Shown: positions 17,355 to 25,837 of the stretch, one piece after another
Layout: every line of letters begins with the position of its first letter
Numbering within the stretch: position 1 is the stretch's first letter
NCBI GenBank assembly: GCA_045648745.1
Contig: JAZROM010000078.1
Coordinates: 6,374 to 70,373 of the forward strand
Origin: Acutalibacteraceae bacterium
Lineage (GTDB): Bacteria > Bacillota > Clostridia > Oscillospirales > Acutalibacteraceae
DNA length: 64,000 bases
Direction of reading: 5' to 3'
Notes under the pieces: generated by a model
What the model saw: the letters and a program-made list of their open reading frames with translations, nothing else
What the model was told of the DNA's origin: nothing
Database searches by the model: none
Program-made: the position numbers and the translations under genes

Positions 17355-18482
17355 TTATCTTGGGGTAACAAGATTTCGGCACATCATCTTATCAAGATCG
17401 ACCTTTTCCTCAGCAAAAAACTCCGAAAAGAAATCCTGAGAGAGTCTGTGGTATACTTCCATATAAACAGAGCCTTGAGGAAGGCTGAGCTGAGACTCCT
17501 TATTATGTTCACTGAGCATAATTTCTTCTTTTTTAAGATCGGGGTATTCTTTGTAAATGGTTGAAAGTGTATAAATAAGAGCTGCTTCAAACGGGTTCTT
17601 TGAACATAAAGGTTCGAGGCCTGCGGCAACAAGGAATTCATCTGTATTGTCCAATGGAAGACCCATGTGAAGGAATAAAGAAATGAGGTGATTTCGTTTA
17701 GGAATCATAGTTTCAGAATCAATCGTACGCAAAACAACCCGTGCGTAGGTAGCTCCAAGATTGCCGGCAGGAGCTTCGGTGAAAAATTTTGAAGGAGAAC
17801 CGTAGCCTGTGTCATCAAAAAAGTCATGAATCTTTTCCTTAAAGAGGAGGAGCTTAGGGGCGTAGATTTTTTGAGCCTGATATAAGCTGTTTTCGAAAGA
17901 ATAATCCCTCAGTTTTTTAAGGTCACGCTGTGCCTTGCCGTTCTTTTCACTGTTTGAACTCAGAAGGTAATCTCTGATAACAAAGTAGCGGTCTTTGTGG
18001 TTTTTATAAAAAACCTGTTTTTGTTCATCATAAAAATCAGTTCTGTTTGTATGGTTGAGAAGCTGTATATATACTACGTCATCAAGATTGTTCTTGTCGA
18101 GTGAAGCAAAATCTCCGAAGCGTTTCATCATTCTGGAACAGGTATCAACACCGAGACCAAAGTAACAGCAAAGAGCAACAAAGTGCTCGCGAATTTTTGG
18201 GGGTTCTGATTTCCATTTTCGAACAACTTTTCGATCAAGCAAACAGTTTTCGGCAATTGTTGAATCGCTGACCTGATATTCGGCAAGAAGCTTATTGATG
18301 TATTCAATACACCAGGTTTCGTTTCGTTCAACTATAAGGTCAGAATTTTCTTCATAAATCTCTTTAAATGTCTTGTTGTCTTCAACCGCTTTTAACTTTT
18401 TGGATAAAAAAGTAGTATTGTGACCAGCTTTTTCAAAAGGTCGTATTTTGGAAAAAAGTTTTTTAATTGACGGCATATTCAT
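17355..18482 (-). CDS. Uncharacterized protein with two HTH-like (XRE-type) segments; paralog of 16264-17343
   Basis: The RBS aaaggag overlaps the stop codon of the upstream PP2C gene. Paralogy blocks are as described for 16264-17343. I did not recognise any enzymatic motif. Confidence 0.65.
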   Translation of the reverse strand: MNMPSIKKLFSKIRPFEKAGHNTTFLSKKLKAVEDNKTFKEIYEENSDLIVERNETWCIEYINKLLAEYQVSDSTIAENCLLDRKVVRKWKSEPPKIREHFVALCCYFGLGVDTCSRMMKRFGDFASLDKNNLDDVVYIQLLNHTNRTDFYDEQKQVFYKNHKDRYFVIRDYLLSSNSEKNGKAQRDLKKLRDYSFENSLYQAQKIYAPKLLLFKEKIHDFFDDTGYGSPSKFFTEAPAGNLGATYARVVLRTIDSETMIPKRNHLISLFLHMGLPLDNTDEFLVAAGLEPLCSKNPFEAALIYTLSTIYKEYPDLKKEEIMLSEHNKESQLSLPQGSVYMEVYHRLSQDFFSEFFAEEKVDLDKMMCRNLVTPR

Positions 18483-18489
18483 AACTCCT

Positions 18490-19224
18490 TTACTTTTTTA
18501 TAATGATAACAGAAACATTATCATTGAGCATATTGAGATTTTTGCTATTGATGTTAAAAGTTTCTTTTAAAAGCATTTTTTTCATTTTTTTGGGACCTAA
18601 AAGCTCTAATCCGTCGGACATAACAACAAATTTATCATTTGCAGCACAATAACTTTCAAATATACTTACATCTGAATAACCGTATGAACCTAAACACTGG
18701 GTAAGACTGTGATGGTCTATTTCGTCTATTTGTTTTTCAGGGTAGCCATTGTCACGTTTTTGCTCAGCTACTGTGTGAGGTTTGCTTAACCGGATTAACT
18801 TTTTGTCTCTGATGATGTAAATGGGGCTATCCCCGATATTGTACGTGACAAATCTGTTGCCGTAGAAAACAAGAATACTTATTGTCGTACCGCCAATAGC
18901 GTTTTTCTTTGTCAGCTCATCGGAAATACGGCTCTGTGCTTTTTCTATTGCTTCAAGCACGCTTGTATCGATTGTTTCCCTGTCTGAATTAATATTGATT
19001 CTGTCACTTAGGGTTTCTGCTACTGTTTGAACTGCTATTCGGGAGGCTGTTTCTCCCATACTTTCACCACCGACTCCATCACATACTGCAAATACGCAAA
19101 TGTCCTCGTCGGTTTCCGTTTCAGAACTAAAAGCGATCATATTGGTATAAACGCAATTGCCTGCGAGCAGGCTGTCCTGATTGGTTTTTCGAGTTCCTTT
19201 AAAGCTAAGGACTTTAATATTCAT
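18490..19224 (-). CDS. PP2C-type Ser/Thr phosphatase (Stp/PrpC-like)
   Basis: The RBS aaggagag is present. Motifs are 'NQDS', 'VFAVCDGVGGESMGETAS', 'GGTT' and 'VVMSDGL'. Confidence 0.85.
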   Translation of the reverse strand: MNIKVLSFKGTRKTNQDSLLAGNCVYTNMIAFSSETETDEDICVFAVCDGVGGESMGETASRIAVQTVAETLSDRININSDRETIDTSVLEAIEKAQSRISDELTKKNAIGGTTISILVFYGNRFVTYNIGDSPIYIIRDKKLIRLSKPHTVAEQKRDNGYPEKQIDEIDHHSLTQCLGSYGYSDVSIFESYCAANDKFVVMSDGLELLGPKKMKKMLLKETFNINSKNLNMLNDNVSVIIIKK

Positions 19225-19267
19225 TTATTACATGCTCTCCTTTAGCTCAAAACAACACGATATATAA

Positions 19268-19296
19268 TAGTATAATATAAACACATTGCGTTTTCA
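19268..19296 (-). promoter_or_regulatory. Candidate internal sigma-A promoter for the PP2C-HTH-HTH-PP2C-kinase-kinase sub-operon
   Basis: On the minus strand: TTGAAA (19296-19291), a 17-nt spacer, then TATACT (19273-19268). It lies in the 225-nt gap upstream of the PP2C start at 19224. Confidence 0.4.
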
Positions 19297-19449
19297 ACAG
19301 ATTAATACGCTTGAAAGAATATATTTAGTTATTATAAGTTTTTACAGTACGAACGTGTTGTATTTGAGCTGGTTTTTAATAATTATACCATTTATAGACT
19401 TTCATAAAGAAAAAAAGGAAAACAAATTAAACTATTCTGTAAATTCAAG

Positions 19450-19980
19450 TCAAAAGACTCTTCTGTTAAAAAGCAACTCTCTTTCCAACAGAGTTTTGCA
19501 CCTCTTTGAAGAGAGCGGAGAGCGATTCTTTGCAATTACAACAGGTGAATCGCCTATCCAGACCACACGGGAATGCTTAAATGGAACTTTATCAACCCTT
19601 TTTCCTTTGTAGTACAATTGACATGAGGAATCACAGGCAACAAGCAATGGTCTTTTTGAAGAGCTTCTAATGTATGCATGCAGACCATGCACCTGATTGC
19701 CCGTTATAATTCTGAATGAAGCATCTTTTGAACATCCTATGGTAAAGTTATCATGTGCACAGGGTATGGCAACAGAATTAACAATGTTGCCGTTATTTTC
19801 TAACGAATAAATTCTCCAGTCATACCGTTCAAAGAAAATATTGTTCTCTTGGAGCGATGAACTGCTGGTTATACTCTCGGGATTATTTTGCAATGCTTTT
19901 TTTCTTCTGATTGACAGCAGGATTGCAATCAATCCTGCTGTCAGAGCAATAGTAGTAAGAATAATTTCTGTCCAATCCAT
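19450..19980 (-). CDS. N-terminally membrane-anchored FHA-like protein (divergent FHA)
   Basis: The RBS aggagg is present. The TM segment is 'IILTTIALTAGLIAILLSI'. The FHA-like core is 'FTIGCSKDASFRIITGNQVHGLHAYI...LYYKGKRV'. The pre-FHA block 'WRIYSLENNGNIV' is shared with the two other TM-FHA proteins. Confidence 0.6.
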   Translation of the reverse strand: MDWTEIILTTIALTAGLIAILLSIRRKKALQNNPESITSSSSLQENNIFFERYDWRIYSLENNGNIVNSVAIPCAHDNFTIGCSKDASFRIITGNQVHGLHAYIRSSSKRPLLVACDSSCQLYYKGKRVDKVPFKHSRVVWIGDSPVVIAKNRSPLSSKRCKTLLERELLFNRRVF

Positions 19981-19984
19981 GCAA

Positions 19985-21355
19985 TTAACCTCCTAATGTA
20001 TTGTTTCTGTTAACGTTTTCAAGAATATCATAAAGGTAAAGAGCACCGTCTTTAAAATCACCGCCAAACTTGTTTGTATAGTTAGCTGAAATTACAATCG
20101 TATAATCTTCAGTACAGGAGAGAAACGTTGCTCTGTCCGCTCCTGTTCCTGTTTCAATAGAATGACCGAGTTGAGCGGTACCGGTTTTAGCTGCGATGCC
20201 GTATGATTCAGGGATGTTGTAGTATTTAACCGCTGATTTCTGTAGTGTTTTCATCAGGGTGTTCATTGTATCTTTATCTGCGACCTGAGTAAGTTTTTCT
20301 GTTGAACCGGTGTAGGTCACTTTGTTATCGGAAATGATAGAATCAACAATGTAGGGTTTCAACATAGTGCCACCATTTGCAATAGACGACGCTATCATTG
20401 CAAGATGAATGCTGCTGATAAGGACTTTACCCTGCCCAAAGCTCGTAGCCGCGAAATTCGCAACAGATGTGTCATTGAGGCCGTGGGAAGACTTTATGGT
20501 TGTAAAATCAAGTTCAATGTCGTTGCCGATAAGAAATCGCTCACAGGTATTTCGGATTCCATAAGAACCGAGCTTCTGAGCATAGTGAATGAAATATGTA
20601 TTTGCGGAATAACCCAAGGCCTGTTCGAGATCGATGTTTGTGTACTCAACGCCTTTGAAGTTTGAGAATGTTGTATTTCCGACTTTAATTGTACCTTCTA
20701 CGCAGAGAGTCTCTTTATGCCAGTTATGTTCAATAATCGGAACAGAAAAGGCCGCTTTAATAACGCTTCCCGGAGCGAGTACTGTTTTCCAGTTCGGAAC
20801 AAGCGCTCCTTCGTGCGCATTTGCCTTTTCGATTGTTTTAGCCGAAATAGCGTTTACATCTAATTCATATCCGGAATTTGATGATGCAAGTGCAAGAATT
20901 CTGCCGGTCTTATTGTCTAGAATTACGACAGAAGCATCCTGCCCTTTAATTACATCATAAGCGGCGCATTGTAGTTCATTTATCGTTGTAAGTTTCAGCG
21001 TGGAGCCCTTGTTATCTTTTCCGGTTTCCTTCTTAAGCTCGTTATAAAAGGTGCTTCTGAGACCACTGCAACCAAGCATATTAGTATTATATCCGACAAG
21101 GGGAAAATAGGATTCAAAATTTACCACACCCGGAATGCCCGGTTCGGTTGCAAAACAGATTACTTCTCCGTTTGCATCAATGATATCGCCTTCAATGGAG
21201 CTGTTATATTGATCGGCAACCGCAAGTTCCTCTTTGATTTTATCCGCGGTTTCATCTACACCGGGGAAGTACGCATAACTCATAAGGGGAAAAACAATGG
21301 CAATTGCTGTAATACAAGCGATTACGGTACGAAAAAGCTTAAATCTGATATTCAT
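19985..21355 (-). CDS. Class B penicillin-binding protein (transpeptidase), short PbpA-like form
   Basis: The RBS aggagg and an N-terminal TM segment are present. Motifs are SxxK 'GSVIKAA', SxN 'YSANTY' and KTG 'AKTGTAQ'. Confidence 0.85.
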   Translation of the reverse strand: MNIRFKLFRTVIACITAIAIVFPLMSYAYFPGVDETADKIKEELAVADQYNSSIEGDIIDANGEVICFATEPGIPGVVNFESYFPLVGYNTNMLGCSGLRSTFYNELKKETGKDNKGSTLKLTTINELQCAAYDVIKGQDASVVILDNKTGRILALASSNSGYELDVNAISAKTIEKANAHEGALVPNWKTVLAPGSVIKAAFSVPIIEHNWHKETLCVEGTIKVGNTTFSNFKGVEYTNIDLEQALGYSANTYFIHYAQKLGSYGIRNTCERFLIGNDIELDFTTIKSSHGLNDTSVANFAATSFGQGKVLISSIHLAMIASSIANGGTMLKPYIVDSIISDNKVTYTGSTEKLTQVADKDTMNTLMKTLQKSAVKYYNIPESYGIAAKTGTAQLGHSIETGTGADRATFLSCTEDYTIVISANYTNKFGGDFKDGALYLYDILENVNRNNTLGG

Positions 21356-21371
21356 TATAGAGCCTCCTATG

Positions 21372-22775
21372 TTATCTGGTTAATGTAACTTTAATGTTTG
21401 TGGCAGCATCTTTAACCTTGTTATCCAGGTTAAATGAAAGGGATTTACGTTGTGTACTATATAAAACAAGTCCGACCAAAAACCAATTAATCACACCGGA
21501 GCTTTCTCCGGAGGCGATAAACGGAAGCACCACGCCTGTCAACGGAACAAGTCTGATATTGCCTCCAATTGAAACCATCGCAGAAGTAAAAATAATAATT
21601 CCGGCGATTAAAGCCATTGTATTTACAAAGGTATGATCAGGTTTACTTGCTGTTTTCTCATAATTCTTAACAGTTCTCCACAAGATCAGGGCAAACAGCA
21701 GAATTATGATGATACCGAAAATAATTCCCATTCGTAGAAGCAGAGCGGCAAAGGTGTAATCGTATCGTTCTACGGGGATGTGGATGACTTCATCGCTACC
21801 AAGCCACCCTCCTCGGATGATTGCCTTGTGAGCAATTGCGGGCTGGGAGTTAGGTTCAGGTGTAGTTGCGAAGTCTTTAAATCGCACAGAAATCTTTGCA
21901 AATTGTACGGACATGAATGAAACCAGCTTAGGAATAGCCTGTTTTGTCTCTAAAAGGCTTTTATACACTGAATGTGCAAGTGCAAGTATACCGACACCGA
22001 AGCAACCAAGACCTGTTACACCGCCGATGATTCCGAAAAGTGTCTTTTTATTATCAATAAGCAGTGTGTTGATCGCAATCCAACAGAGAAAAAGTATGAG
22101 AGCAGTGCCAAGTTCTGCACAAATTGCAAGGCACAAAGTGGTGAGGATAATATAAATGCAAGACCATAACCACTTTTTATTGAGTGACGAATTAAACAAT
22201 AACGCGAAGAAGAGGGCAAACAATGGTTTATGTACCTCTGTCAACTGGAACTGATGACTACCGATGGATAACCATGAGTGAGTTCCTTTCTGAGCAGGAA
22301 GAAGAAGGAGGATCGCGGTGATTGCAACCGTTGTTATGAGAATTAAAACAAGAAAAAGCTTTAACACAGAGGGCTTAATTTTCGAAAGAGGTTTAGCAAG
22401 AAACAACATAAACACAACGGCAACCAGACCAAGAAAGGTTGCAAGTGAAGTCTCTTCAAAGTTAGCTTTGAAATCAGTTTCGTTCGAATCTGCAATCAGA
22501 AGAAACTGAATATACAATCCGATTGTATAAAGAGCATTTGTAGCGAGCGTGATGAAAATATCACAGCCAGTATATGCTGAGTAGAACACAAACATCTGTG
22601 TTACGGTAACCGTTGCAAAAACAATCGGTACAGGAATAATAATGTCTTTTGAAGATACGAACATTTCCATCAGACAAGTAATGAGAAGGTTAATGATAGT
22701 TGCGGGGATCAACTGATTTTCTCTGAGGTTAAAAGAAAACCAGCTGAAAGAACGGTTTGTAAGGCGTTTGTTCAT
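21372..22775 (-). CDS. SEDS-family peptidoglycan polymerase (FtsW/RodA/SpoVE family)
   Basis: The RBS gggagg is present. The protein is polytopic, with 'QFQLTEVHKPLFALFFA' and 'PLTGVVLPFIASGESS', a variant of the P(L/F)(I/V)SYGGSS motif. It lies directly upstream of the bPBP gene. Confidence 0.85.
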   Translation of the reverse strand: MNKRLTNRSFSWFSFNLRENQLIPATIINLLITCLMEMFVSSKDIIIPVPIVFATVTVTQMFVFYSAYTGCDIFITLATNALYTIGLYIQFLLIADSNETDFKANFEETSLATFLGLVAVVFMLFLAKPLSKIKPSVLKLFLVLILITTVAITAILLLLPAQKGTHSWLSIGSHQFQLTEVHKPLFALFFALLFNSSLNKKWLWSCIYIILTTLCLAICAELGTALILFLCWIAINTLLIDNKKTLFGIIGGVTGLGCFGVGILALAHSVYKSLLETKQAIPKLVSFMSVQFAKISVRFKDFATTPEPNSQPAIAHKAIIRGGWLGSDEVIHIPVERYDYTFAALLLRMGIIFGIIIILLFALILWRTVKNYEKTASKPDHTFVNTMALIAGIIIFTSAMVSIGGNIRLVPLTGVVLPFIASGESSGVINWFLVGLVLYSTQRKSLSFNLDNKVKDAATNIKVTLTR

Positions 22776-22793
22776 AAACTTACCTCCCTGGAT

Positions 22794-23438
22794 TCAGCGA
22801 TTGACAGATACTCTGAACGGTCCGTTTTCATTTTTATTGTTATTGTCATTTTTCTCTACCGAAAATGTGAGATTATCGTCTACAGTTATATCTGCAGGCT
22901 TAATAATATCCTGTTTAAGTGAGTTTTTGAAAAAACAGATCGGTGTATCGGCCAGATATACAACCAACTGATGCTCAAGATCAAAAGCGTTTGTAACCGG
23001 AACGCCTTTGATATATGAACTGTTTAGAGACCCGTTGTCTTTGGCATAGAATCCGTTACTGTCTTCTGAAATGATAAGGTGAGTTTTTGAAACAAATTCA
23101 CTTGATTTAATTATAAAATCATCAGAGTTGCTTGAACCGATTGAAAATGCCTTAATTCCATTACCCTTGTCTTTGAGAACAACTTCTTGTGGCTTAGAGA
23201 TAATTCGTCCGGAGGAGTCAAGCTGACATACAGACCATCTTGCAAAAATGCTGGTTTCGTTGTCGGTGGGTTTGCGAAATTTGAATTTCGGATTTTTATC
23301 ACATCTTTTTGAAGAGAGATCACTCTTTTCGGAACCGGCATTCGCAAAGATTTCGGTAAAGTTGAGACCGTTGCCAAGGTTGGAAACAATGATGAATACA
23401 GCGATGATGATTGCGGCGATGAGAATAAGCTTTGTCAT
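22794..23438 (-). CDS. N-terminally membrane-anchored FHA-domain protein
   Basis: The TM segment is 'LILIAAIIIAVFIIV'. The FHA core is 'FSIGSSNSDDFIIKSSEFVSKTHLIISEDSNGFYAKDNGSLNSSYIKG'. The pre-FHA block is 'WSVCQLDSSGRII'. Confidence 0.75.
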   Translation of the reverse strand: MTKLILIAAIIIAVFIIVSNLGNGLNFTEIFANAGSEKSDLSSKRCDKNPKFKFRKPTDNETSIFARWSVCQLDSSGRIISKPQEVVLKDKGNGIKAFSIGSSNSDDFIIKSSEFVSKTHLIISEDSNGFYAKDNGSLNSSYIKGVPVTNAFDLEHQLVVYLADTPICFFKNSLKQDIIKPADITVDDNLTFSVEKNDNNNKNENGPFRVSVNR

Positions 23439-23596
23439 AATAGTGCCTTCTTTCTAAGTATTAATATTTGTTTATCGCAAGTATAATTATCTCACGAACT
23501 TAAAGGTGTAACTGAAAATAGGAATACTAACTTCAAAAAAATTAATATAGTGTGCAAAAAATGTTTAAGTCAGAAGCATCTGTAAAGATTATAAGT

Positions 23597-24475
23597 TTAG
23601 TACGTTTTATCAGCGATGCTTTCAAGATAGTCCTTATCCAGATAAATGGTTTCAATTAGTTCGATGTTGAAATTGAACTTACCTATGAAGAAGCAGTGCG
23701 AAATCTTGTCATAATCGTATTCTCCAGACTCATAATCGTATCCTGTGATGGATACAAGCAGATATTCTTTTTCTGTATTAAGACTCAGAATTTCGACTTG
23801 TGAATTAATATGAACTCCTGCCAGCGATGAAATTCCTTTGAAAGACTGGTTTAACAAATCCTCAGGTGACCAGTAATTAAAGGATTTGCCGTAATCAGGC
23901 GACACAAGTAACCAACCACCCAACGTAACAGGGGAGACTCCGGTTGAAAAAAGATTGTTTTTGCAAGATCTTATGGTGTGGCATTCTAACCCCGTTTCAT
24001 ACTCAGGATTTATTGACCAGGTTTTTCCATAGTCCGTAGTTCTCCAGACATATCCATATTTTTGATGCATTCCGGGATGCTCAATGTACTGAACAATACC
24101 TACACCGCTATCGTCGAAAAAGTATTCGACTGTCATATCATATAAGACGCCTGATGAATAGTCCTTTAAATCACTGTTGTATTCGACATCAAAATTTCCG
24201 AATTTTGCAGCAAAATAATTGTTGTATTCCAACATGATTTCTGCACTTTCAGGAGTAATATATACCGGGAGAAGCATATCTTTGTACACGTATCGGGTAT
24301 CGTGATTTTCTACATGAAGAAGATGTGTATATTCATTTTCATCTGATGTTGATGATTCTTCTTCAACAGAAGGGGTTGTTGGTTTGACAGACTTGATGCC
24401 ACAAATGGCGAGGGCTGAAACTACGACAAGAAAAAGACATACGATCAAAAAAATTGCTGTTTTATTGTTTTTCAT
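23597..24475 (-). CDS. Secreted or membrane-anchored protein with two Asp-box (BNR-like) motifs; function unknown
   Basis: The signal/anchor is 'TAIFLIVCLFLVVVSALAICG'. The Asp-box motifs are 'TTDYGKTWS' and 'SPDYGKSF'. Confidence 0.6.
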   Translation of the reverse strand: MKNNKTAIFLIVCLFLVVVSALAICGIKSVKPTTPSVEEESSTSDENEYTHLLHVENHDTRYVYKDMLLPVYITPESAEIMLEYNNYFAAKFGNFDVEYNSDLKDYSSGVLYDMTVEYFFDDSGVGIVQYIEHPGMHQKYGYVWRTTDYGKTWSINPEYETGLECHTIRSCKNNLFSTGVSPVTLGGWLLVSPDYGKSFNYWSPEDLLNQSFKGISSLAGVHINSQVEILSLNTEKEYLLVSITGYDYESGEYDYDKISHCFFIGKFNFNIELIETIYLDKDYLESIADKTY

Positions 24476-24518
24476 AAAATCATTCCTTTACATTATGTAA
24501 TATGGGGTGTACTTATCT

Positions 24519-25079
24519 CTAGCGGAGATTAAAGTTTTTTGTTTTACCGTCCGTATGGCTACCAGAGCCAGCAGTAGAAGAACCACCATAGAGTCTGGTT
24601 CCGTCAGAGAAGAACTCGGGTTCAAAAACATAATTTTTCATAAATGCAATGTACGTGTCTCCAAGACAAAGTACTTTTTTGTCTTCGAGCGGAATAAGAC
24701 TTTTTACACGCTCTCCTTTGAAAAACGTACCGTTGGAAGATTCGTTATCAATTGCAAAATATTCGCCGTTTTTCTTCAGCACAACAAGGTGGCAGTTGTC
24801 CACATAGTGACTCTTAAGCCTGAACTGGCAGTCGGATGAGGTGCCGATTGTAAAAACGTCGTCATTGTCAAGGTTGATGGTTGCTCTGTTTGTACGACCG
24901 TTTCTGACGATTCTTTTTCCGTTCTTGTCGAGCTCATAGACAACCCATTCAGCAGGATCGGGGGATCGGTTGCTTGTGTTACACTGTTTTTTGAGGTGTT
25001 TAGTGAGCCAAACGGCCATGCCGACTATGGCAGCTGAAAGAATGACGATAAAGATTTCGGGATAGATGACTGTTTTCAT
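24519..25079 (-). CDS. N-terminally membrane-anchored FHA-domain protein
   Basis: I prefer the ATG at 25079 (RBS aaggtg 6 nt upstream) over the GTG at 25088. The TM segment is 'IFIVILSAAIVGMAVWL'. The FHA core is 'FTIGTSSDCQFRLKSHYVDNCHLVVLKKNGEYFAIDNESSNGTFFKGERV'. The pre-FHA block is 'WVVYELDKNGKRI'. Confidence 0.8.
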   Translation of the reverse strand: MKTVIYPEIFIVILSAAIVGMAVWLTKHLKKQCNTSNRSPDPAEWVVYELDKNGKRIVRNGRTNRATINLDNDDVFTIGTSSDCQFRLKSHYVDNCHLVVLKKNGEYFAIDNESSNGTFFKGERVKSLIPLEDKKVLCLGDTYIAFMKNYVFEPEFFSDGTRLYGGSSTAGSGSHTDGKTKNFNLR

Positions 25080-25425
25080 GTTTTTCACCTTTCTTTCTTG
25101 TTTCAGGAAAAGATTTCCTTGTAAAAATTATAAAACAGAATAAAAGAAACAATAAAAAATAGGAATATAAAACAGAAAAACTGATATTGATTGAGAACAA
25201 CATCAGTTTTCAGAAGGTTTCAGATTTAGGCTATCTTTGAAATACAACTGCAAAAAGCTTACCGCATCAGCGATTTCTTTGTCAGTTGCACAGGTTCATT
25301 GCAGTCTGCCCGATAACGTGAGGAGTTATCAGAGATTACGAAGATTTCAAATTGCATTCCGTAAATCAGAGAACTTTAAAATCCAACAAACAACAAAGGT
25401 TTTTAAGTTGTTTTCATAGATAATA

Positions 25426-25836
25426 TTATATTACATCATTACTTGTTTTCGGCTCCTTAAAAAGCTTATATTGCTTTCTGTAGAAAATACGAGTGATTAA
25501 ACCCAGGACAATTTGCTCGATAGCAAACAATATCGCATATATAATAAATCCGGCAAATACACTGGTTGCAACGATATCATAATCAAAGAAGGATGCCTCA
25601 GATATCATCTTAACAAGAGAGATGTTTATCGGAATGGTTGTAAATGTTGCTATAACAAACATCCAAAGGTTTTCTCGATGTTTAAACACGGGTATTTTAA
25701 GTATAAGAAGCATACCGAGTGCTATTATTGTAAAAAGGATTACGGAAGTATAATAAGTTGCAATTGCCGATAAAATTGCAGGTACAGTTACTAACAGTAA
25801 AAATTTTACAGAATTAAATGTGTTTTTCTTTTTCAT
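25426..25836 (-). CDS. Small polytopic membrane protein (about 4 TM segments), unknown function
   Basis: The RBS agaggtga overlaps the end of the upstream gene. Four hydrophobic segments are visible, and there is a 1-nt gap to the S2P-like gene. Confidence 0.6.
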   Translation of the reverse strand: MKKKNTFNSVKFLLLVTVPAILSAIATYYTSVILFTIIALGMLLILKIPVFKHRENLWMFVIATFTTIPINISLVKMISEASFFDYDIVATSVFAGFIIYAILFAIEQIVLGLITRIFYRKQYKLFKEPKTSNDVI

Positions 25837-25837
25837 T

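Noticed and set aside
19286-19612. 108-aa plus-strand ORF spanning the 19.2-19.45 kb gap and the 3' end of the TM-FHA gene
   Set aside because: It is antisense to a supported CDS, AT-rich and low in complexity ('LVIISFYSTNVLYLSWFLIIIP'), and has no RBS. The gap is better explained by a minus-strand promoter.
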